54,960 bases of DNA from a virus (taxonomy: Duplodnaviria > Caudoviricetes). The stretch's first letter is position 1, and the number at the start of each line of letters is the position of its first letter. Shown here piece by piece: positions 49,701-54,960 of the stretch. The translations under genes and the position numbers were made by a program. The DNA is taken from positions 1 to 54,960 of the IMG/VR virus record IMGVR_UViG_3300020172_002489; one strand, given 5' to 3'. The notes beneath the pieces are model-generated. The model saw nothing but the letters and a program-made list of their open reading frames with translations, did not search any database and had not been told where the DNA came from.

Positions 49701-50193
49701 TAAAAAATCAATTAAGAAAGAATCTAAAATACCTGGTGGATTATCACAAGGTATGAGTTTATCTGATATTGCCAAAAAACACAAAGTTTCTCTTGGAGAT
49801 TTAACTGATGAATTTAAAAAAGGATATAAAGTAGAAAGAGAACACACTACTGATACTGATATTGCAAAAGAAATAGCAATGGACCATCTTTTTGAAGACC
49901 CAAAGTATTATACTAAACTTAAAAAGATAGAAGAAACTATTCAAAAAGTAGATAATAAATGGGTGGTGTATCGTAAGACAGGTGGTGAGAAATTAGGTAC
50001 GCATGAAACTTATGAAGAAGCATTAAAACAACTTCGTGAAATTGAATTGGATAAATTTAAAAACATAAATTCTAAAATTGATGAACTTGCTCCTCATGGT
50101 TATCCTGACCAAGAATGGATGGATAATCACGAAAAGGAAATGAAGAAATTGAGAAAACAATTAGATAAACAACAAAAGGAAACATACAAATGA
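46768..50193 (+). CDS. Large modular protein: N-terminal cytidylyltransferase/NMNAT-like domain plus several small phage modules
   Basis: GRFQPFHKGH (HxGH) and SGTEVR; later modules include a basic helical segment and VEREHT...EIAMDHL.EDPKYY. ATG 46768 is preferred over GTG 46756. Confidence 0.8.
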   Translation: MNELSKYLVEQILLEEPTPIKKTVVVYVGRFQPFHKGHYGTYSHLVKKFGKDNVYIGTSNKVERPKSPFNFKEKKQIMTTMFDVPSNKIFEVKNPYAPLEILKKFDEKTTAFITVVGEKDASRLGGKYFQKWNGEATEGYKDRGYVYASPMQGDSVSGTEVRIGLGSGTEEQKRNFFLDRAYSKFNKTIFSLITNKLQESCIRLTKTQLEDLLIEVSSGIGQDMVDDGPVIFLPDYNSFKVINGERAQQIGWEIINMVMDDSMDDYITYPEGPTGRVTFFPRGAIGKKDPMGEFDVMVNGAYDKWYKHATRTASLVGYSVVDKALGVDDKLSTDLAKGARPLAKESDKTIQRESITLPVEIGDTLLMGKFKNKKVVVKTIGKDEHGMPTINGKKVVTFRLIKEGKQAIFEDETEDAKYTHIGYGKYKQVGKEEDETAPTFQKDESGKYVQVADTTSEPQQSTPPNSLNSKTQAGKSYQQQLPSGDPAKKEKPKTQPKQEPKSNVTTFAGTKSGKEIQTTNLEGGGSVFGTQHGDNKMVDDILDTVKSTIPQERWKDVVFVGEGGYGNENGEFEFSGEMDYAAKKFQKIGAGVDTWDGDDTNVFDNESPLYKYQEEQTGLSNEEVMAANWASMIGQGDSLEDMSPEDYLTDSGKAFLQQSAQEANLPLSEQWDSNPTDEDIDTLYRLSFAEDNNDVKTKVNDAQESFNKFRDINLLRKTQELSSQGKIPIVLAGESHVGLVDNMMQNEWMGSDPIMMEALTQAQKASRRWAFAKNKKLINIKKQRTQIRKKPYSVLSKRAHKLAYLYVRKEWTQRLFGTTPYDELSLPQKQRVSQMVQKKKRKVLKLAKFRFLPALKQKEADRFKGVHQYPSNLTFDTSTLDEVNSGFYDGVRGSMTPNDAAGATGYMYNHNWEEYDTQEYYLANLPGFELVHEIPSEFELERAVDQGIPLMTHGDGKTTKYNRILKADFTAPEEFSKSKKSIKKESKIPGGLSQGMSLSDIAKKHKVSLGDLTDEFKKGYKVEREHTTDTDIAKEIAMDHLFEDPKYYTKLKKIEETIQKVDNKWVVYRKTGGEKLGTHETYEEALKQLREIELDKFKNINSKIDELAPHGYPDQEWMDNHEKEMKKLRKQLDKQQKETYK

Positions 50194-51434
50194 TACGATT
50201 GGGTAAAATATTAAACGAAGTTCTTTTAAAAGAGGGTGGTGCTTATGGACACATGAATCACCCATTTGATACTGAAATCAATTTAACTTTTGGACAATTA
50301 AAAGATATTGTAAATCGTGCATTGGATGGAAATTTAGAACTTGCAAGAGAAAAAACTGATGGACAAGCACTCGCAATTTCTTGGGTAGGTGGACGATTAG
50401 TTGCAGCTCGTAATAAAGGACACTTGAAAAACAAAGGTGCTGGAGCATTAGATATAAAAGGTGTGGCAGATAAGTTTACTGGTAGAGGTGAGTTAGAAAA
50501 AGCATATAATTTTGCTATGAAAGATCTTACCGATGCAATAAAATCACTTTCCGAACCACAAAGAAATAAGATATTCAAGGACGGTGCATGTTTTATGAAC
50601 CTTGAAGTGATTTATCCTACATCAGTCAATGTAATTCCTTACGGTCAACCACTATTAGTGTTTCATGGAACAATGGAATACGATGAGGATGGAACACCAA
50701 TAGGTGAAAATCAGGGTGCAGCAAGAATTTTGGCAGGAATGATTAAACAAGTAAACAAAGATGTCCAAGATAATTATACAATTCAAGGTCCTCCTGTCCT
50801 TTCTTTGCCAAGAAATCAAGATTTATCCTCTAAAAAAGGAAAATATAATGGACAAATCTCCAAATTACAAAAAGAATTTGGTTTAAGTGATACTGATGGT
50901 GTTGCAGAATACCATCAAGCATGGTGGAGTAATTTTGTAGATAAAAAATCACCATCTATGGTAGACAATAAAACCAAAATGGGATTAGTTAAGAGATGGG
51001 CGTTTGGTGATAAAGGGTTTAAAATCGATAAAAAGAACATAACTGATGAAAAGGTGTTAGACTGGGCACTAAAAACTGATAAAGAAGACCAAGCAAAAAT
51101 CACAAAACAAAATTTGATGAGATTTGAAGATATTTTCTTGGGTGTTGGTGCAGAAGTTCTACAATTTACATCATCTGTCATAACAGTCAACCCTGATAAA
51201 GCAATTAGGGATATGAAAAAGAGGTTAGACCAAACAATTAAAGAAGTTGAAAAATCAGGAGACCCTAAAAAGATTGAAAAATTAAAATTAGAGTTAAGAA
51301 GATTAGAAGCAATTGGTGGAACTGATAAAATTGTTCCAAACGAGGGTATAGTTTTCGTATATCAAGGTAAAACATTTAAACTAACCGGAGCATTTGCTTC
51401 ATTAAATCAAATTTTAGGAATTTTTTACGCATAA
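50190..51434 (+). CDS. Ligase-like covalent nucleotidyltransferase-fold protein
   Basis: EKTDG (motif I), NLEVI, LVFH, EGIVF and FKLTG occur in ligase motif order. Confidence 0.6.
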   Translation: MIRLGKILNEVLLKEGGAYGHMNHPFDTEINLTFGQLKDIVNRALDGNLELAREKTDGQALAISWVGGRLVAARNKGHLKNKGAGALDIKGVADKFTGRGELEKAYNFAMKDLTDAIKSLSEPQRNKIFKDGACFMNLEVIYPTSVNVIPYGQPLLVFHGTMEYDEDGTPIGENQGAARILAGMIKQVNKDVQDNYTIQGPPVLSLPRNQDLSSKKGKYNGQISKLQKEFGLSDTDGVAEYHQAWWSNFVDKKSPSMVDNKTKMGLVKRWAFGDKGFKIDKKNITDEKVLDWALKTDKEDQAKITKQNLMRFEDIFLGVGAEVLQFTSSVITVNPDKAIRDMKKRLDQTIKEVEKSGDPKKIEKLKLELRRLEAIGGTDKIVPNEGIVFVYQGKTFKLTGAFASLNQILGIFYA

Positions 51435-51445
51435 TTTATTTTATA

Positions 51446-51457
51446 TATATTTATATA
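51446..51457 (+). promoter_or_regulatory. TATATTTATATA putative phage promoter motif
   Basis: Intergenic; upstream of ATG 51483. Confidence 0.6.
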
Positions 51458-51482
51458 CAATAATATAACCTAATATATAAAA

Positions 51483-52139
51483 ATGAGTAAAGAATTTCAA
51501 AGAAAATATATGCACCCAACTCGTAGAAAGTTGGTTGACATGGTTCAAACTGGTGAGTACGATAAAAATACCACTATTGGATGGACTAAATCTGAAGAAA
51601 ACCATAATGTTGGTGATATTTGGGAAGATGAGTTTTATAAATACGAAAAGAAAGATGGTTATACCATAAAAACTGGTAAAAATCATGAGGCTCTTCAAGA
51701 AATTCGTAATTATTTGAATTTAAAGAAGGAATGTAGTAATCCTAGTTGTAAAAAACACAAAAAAACTAAAAATGATGAAAAGTTGATACAAAAAACAAGT
51801 TATTGTATCAATTGTTTGGCAGAAATAGAACATAATTTCAGAGGTGCTGGAATTTGGAAAGAATATGAAGAATTTAGAATCTATACTCGTATGATTGTAG
51901 AGGGTAAAATCAAATTAGAAGAATTAAAACAATCAATTAATGAAATAAAACCTTATTACGAATTTATCAACGAGGATGGTAGTGTAGAAAAGTGGAGTTT
52001 ACCAAAACCAGTTGATGAAGTGAAGGTAGAGATTCAAGAAATGATTGATAATGGTGAAATTGAATTAAAAGAAATAGTACAAAAACGAAACGATGCTTTC
52101 GAGGTTATAAAAGAACACAAATTAGAACACTATTTATAG
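51483..52139 (+). CDS. Hypothetical protein with putative Zn-binding cysteines
   Basis: CSNPSC...CINC. Confidence 0.7.
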   Translation: MSKEFQRKYMHPTRRKLVDMVQTGEYDKNTTIGWTKSEENHNVGDIWEDEFYKYEKKDGYTIKTGKNHEALQEIRNYLNLKKECSNPSCKKHKKTKNDEKLIQKTSYCINCLAEIEHNFRGAGIWKEYEEFRIYTRMIVEGKIKLEELKQSINEIKPYYEFINEDGSVEKWSLPKPVDEVKVEIQEMIDNGEIELKEIVQKRNDAFEVIKEHKLEHYL

Positions 52140-52154
52140 TAAAGGAGTTTTTTT

Positions 52155-52508
52155 ATGAAAAATGGAAATGTATCGTTTCTATTATTGGTTTTAATATGTT
52201 TATTAGGATACAATATTTATTCTACCAAACAATTAAAAACTGATGTAGAAATGTATAACCAAAAAATCGATAGTATTCAACACAATATCGATTCGGTAGT
52301 ACTTGTAAATAAAAATTTGGATATAAAAATAGATAGTATATATTCAGAGATTGGGTTATTAGATACTGATATTGAATCAGTTCATACAAACATTAAAAAT
52401 ATAAAGGTAAAGACAAATGAAAAAGTTAATTCTGTTAATCAGTTTAATTTTAGTGACCTCACTAAGTTTTTCTCAGACCGTTACGAATCAGAGACCGGTT
52501 CAAACTGA
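52155..52508 (+). CDS. N-terminally anchored coiled-coil protein (i-spanin-like)
   Basis: Hydrophobic FLLLVLICLLGY followed by heptad repeats; AAGGAG upstream. Confidence 0.6.
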   Translation: MKNGNVSFLLLVLICLLGYNIYSTKQLKTDVEMYNQKIDSIQHNIDSVVLVNKNLDIKIDSIYSEIGLLDTDIESVHTNIKNIKVKTNEKVNSVNQFNFSDLTKFFSDRYESETGSN

Positions 52509-52842
52509 TACAATTGTTCCACTTACAATTCCAACTGCTAAGTTAATCATAAAAGATTTAATCAAAGGCGATGGTGCACAAATTGAATTAGTGGAGTTAC
52601 AAAAAGTTCTACAATTAACAAATGAAAAAATGTTATTGAAGGATGAAGTTATTTTTACACTCAATTCCAAAATTTCTAACTTGGATTACATCATTCTTCA
52701 AAAAGATGAGCAATTTAAATTGGAAAGAGAGAAATCTGAATCCTTATTAAAAGAATTAAAATCAGAAAAACAAAAAACTTTTTTATATAAAGTGGGAACT
52801 GTACTTGGTGTTGTTGCAGTTGGATATTTACTTGTAAATTAA
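52417..52842 (+). CDS. Signal-peptide coiled-coil protein with C-terminal TM helix (spanin-like partner)
   Basis: MKKLILLISLILVTSLSFS/Q; C-terminal VGTVLGVVAVGYLLV; overlaps the previous gene by 92 nt. Confidence 0.6.
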   Translation: MKKLILLISLILVTSLSFSQTVTNQRPVQTDTIVPLTIPTAKLIIKDLIKGDGAQIELVELQKVLQLTNEKMLLKDEVIFTLNSKISNLDYIILQKDEQFKLEREKSESLLKELKSEKQKTFLYKVGTVLGVVAVGYLLVN

Positions 52843-52848
52843 AAATTA

Positions 52849-54429
52849 ATGCCAAGTTTAAAAGAGATAATAAAACTCGAGTATCAGAAATGTGCTGGTG
52901 ATCCAATTTACTTCATGAAGAAGTATTGTATGATTCAACATCCGGTTCGTGGTAAAATACCTTTCCATCTATATCCATTTCAGGAAAAAACTCTTACCGA
53001 ATTTAAAGATCATCGATATAACATCGTACTAAAATCAAGACAGACGGGTATATCAACTCTTGTAGCAGGTTTTTCACTTTGGAAGATGTTATTCAACCAA
53101 GATTTTAATGTCCTCGTAATTGCAACCAAACAAGAGGTTGCTAAGAACCTCGTAACGAAGGTTCGAGTTATGAATCAATATCTACCAAGTTGGTTAAAAC
53201 AAACCACGGTAGAAGATAATAAACTATCCCTGCGATATTCTAATGGTTCACAAATCAAAGCAACTTCTGCCGCAGGAGATGCTGGTCGTTCTGAAGCGTT
53301 ATCCCTATTAGTATTTGATGAAGCAGCCTTCATTGATAAGATTGAAGAAATTTGGGTTTCTGCTCAATCAACCCTTTCAACTGGCGGTAATGCAATTATA
53401 CTTTCTACTCCAAATGGTGTGGGTAATTTTTTCCATAAAACGTGGGTAGGTGCCGAAGATGAAACAAATGGATTTAACACAATTCGTTTACACTGGTCTG
53501 TTCACCCTGAAAGAGGTCAAAGTTGGAGAGATGAGCAAGAAAGATTATTAGGACCAAAAGGTGCAGCTCAAGAATGTGATTGCGATTTCGTTTCTTCAGG
53601 TGATACAGTCATAGACCCACAACTACTTACATTCTATAAAGAATCTTTTTGTCAAGACCCAGTTGAAAAAACTTGGATAGACCATAATCTATGGAGATGG
53701 GAATATCCTGATTATAACAAAGGATATATGGTTGTTGCTGACGTTGCCCGAGGAGATGGCGGTGACTATTCTGCATGTCATGTGTTTGATGTAGAAACTG
53801 CAACACAAGTTGCTGAATACAAAGGAAAGATGGATACAAAAGATTTTGGTAATTTCTTGGTATCACTTTCTACTGAATATAATGAAGCATTATTAGTAAT
53901 TGAAAACGCAAACATTGGTTGGGCAGTAATTCAACAAGTAATCGATAGAGGTTATTCAAATCTTTTCTATATGAGTAAGGATTTAAAGTATGTAGATGTC
54001 CAACATCAGTTACATAACAAATTCAGAGCAGAAGAACGAGGTATGGTTGCTGGATTTTCTACTACGATGAAAACTCGTCCACTTATTATTTCTAAATTAG
54101 AACAATACATTAGAGAAAAAGATGTTACGATTCGTTCCACTCGTTTGATTGATGAATTGTTTACTTTTATTTGGGTAGGTAATCGAGCAGAAGCAATGAG
54201 AGGATATAATGATGACTTGGTAATGTCATTGGGTATTGCTCTTTGGGTTAGAGATACTGCACTTCGTTTGAGACAAGAGGGAGTTGATTTAACTAAACGA
54301 ACTCTTGGTGGCATACAACAACATTCATTTACTTTGGATGGGTTTGGTGGTAATTCTTCAGTAGATTCTAATCCTTGGTCTATGAAAATAGGTAACCAAG
54401 ATGAGGATTTGACTTGGTTGATAAAATAA
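52849..54429 (+). CDS. terL: Terminase large subunit (T4 gp17-like)
   Basis: LYPFQ Q-motif, KSRQTGIST Walker A, LVFDEAAF Walker B, STPNG, and nuclease motifs ADVARG and DDLVM. Confidence 0.95.
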   Translation: MPSLKEIIKLEYQKCAGDPIYFMKKYCMIQHPVRGKIPFHLYPFQEKTLTEFKDHRYNIVLKSRQTGISTLVAGFSLWKMLFNQDFNVLVIATKQEVAKNLVTKVRVMNQYLPSWLKQTTVEDNKLSLRYSNGSQIKATSAAGDAGRSEALSLLVFDEAAFIDKIEEIWVSAQSTLSTGGNAIILSTPNGVGNFFHKTWVGAEDETNGFNTIRLHWSVHPERGQSWRDEQERLLGPKGAAQECDCDFVSSGDTVIDPQLLTFYKESFCQDPVEKTWIDHNLWRWEYPDYNKGYMVVADVARGDGGDYSACHVFDVETATQVAEYKGKMDTKDFGNFLVSLSTEYNEALLVIENANIGWAVIQQVIDRGYSNLFYMSKDLKYVDVQHQLHNKFRAEERGMVAGFSTTMKTRPLIISKLEQYIREKDVTIRSTRLIDELFTFIWVGNRAEAMRGYNDDLVMSLGIALWVRDTALRLRQEGVDLTKRTLGGIQQHSFTLDGFGGNSSVDSNPWSMKIGNQDEDLTWLIK

Positions 54430-54448
54430 TGGGTTATTTTTATTAGTA

Positions 54449-54458
54449 TATATTTATA
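54449..54458 (+). promoter_or_regulatory. TATATTTATA putative phage promoter motif
   Basis: Intergenic; upstream of ATG 54477. Confidence 0.55.
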
Positions 54459-54476
54459 GTGTAAGGAGACCTTATT

Positions 54477-54926
54477 ATGATAAAGTTAAAAAATATATTA
54501 AAAGAATCTGACCAAACACAAAAACCAAGTGGGATGGTTCAAGATTATCCATTCGATGCAGCAGAACATAATTTTTTAGATTATGATGAATTGGATGTTG
54601 AAGAAGAAGATGAAGAAGATTTTTTCAATTTCTTAAAATCATATACGGTTGAATTACAAGAAGCAAATTGTAATTGTGTGTTTGAGGCAGAATACCAAGG
54701 TAGAGAAGTAAAACTTGGTAAACCGATGCAAGGTGATGTTAAGAAATTTAAAGTATATGTAAAGAATCCTAAGACAGGTAAAGTTATTAAGGTAAACTTT
54801 GGCCAAAAGGGAATGAAAATTAGAAAATCCAATCCAGCAGCTAGAAAATCATTTAGAGCAAGAATGAATTGTGATAATCCAGGCCCAAGAACCAAAGCAA
54901 ATTACTGGTCTTGTAGAAAATGGTAA
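54477..54926 (+). CDS. Small phage protein with acidic leader and basic C-terminal domain
   Basis: MIKLKNILKE leader; KVNFG...RKSFRARMNC...KANYWSCRKW. Confidence 0.75.
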   Translation: MIKLKNILKESDQTQKPSGMVQDYPFDAAEHNFLDYDELDVEEEDEEDFFNFLKSYTVELQEANCNCVFEAEYQGREVKLGKPMQGDVKKFKVYVKNPKTGKVIKVNFGQKGMKIRKSNPAARKSFRARMNCDNPGPRTKANYWSCRKW

Positions 54927-54960
54927 AACAAACAAATAAAGGTTATAATTAAAAAAATAA

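Noticed and set aside
1-54960. Alternative genetic code (stop-codon reassignment, as in some large phages)
   Set aside because: Code 11 gives near-complete coding density with intact long genes; TAG (17240, 52139) and TGA act as real stops.
1-54960. Short minus-strand and nested ORFs in the ORF track (e.g. 27115..27723)
   Set aside because: They lie antisense to or inside well-supported genes and carry no recognisable motifs; they are shadow ORFs.
1-54960. tRNA/rRNA genes, inteins, transposases
   Set aside because: Spacers are short and lack cloverleaf or T-loop signatures; primase and terminase are of normal length without Hint motifs; no transposase or integrase motifs were seen.

Overview
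AT-rich 55-kb segment of a large myovirus-type (jumbo) phage genome, read with the standard genetic code. All credible genes are on the + strand except one small ribbon-helix-helix gene. Gene order: 3' end of a host-like beta-helix lipoprotein gene; baseplate/tail module (gp25-like, gp6-like, large wedge and fibre-anchor proteins); sulfotransferase, GIY-YIG nuclease, primase and a fused Mre11-Rad50; a ~1900-aa tail fibre with an S74 chaperone; an ~18-kb glycan synthesis/modification cluster (GT4-, GT2-, two GT7-LamG and GT10-like proteins, a methyltransferase, two radical SAM enzymes, three SDR epimerases, RmlC, split TPP E1-alpha/E1-beta); a modular nucleotidyltransferase polyprotein, a ligase-like protein, a spanin-like pair and the large terminase. 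A TATATTTATA motif precedes most transcription units. A Bacteroidota-type promoter and Bacteroidota-type signal features suggest a Bacteroidota host. The best candidates for an undescribed system are (i) a self-encoded virion glycosylation pathway that may target the Ser-Gly-Ser motifs enriched in the structural proteins, and (ii) a head-packaged, protease-cleaved enzyme polyprotein. All product calls come from motif recognition by eye; no database searches were run.
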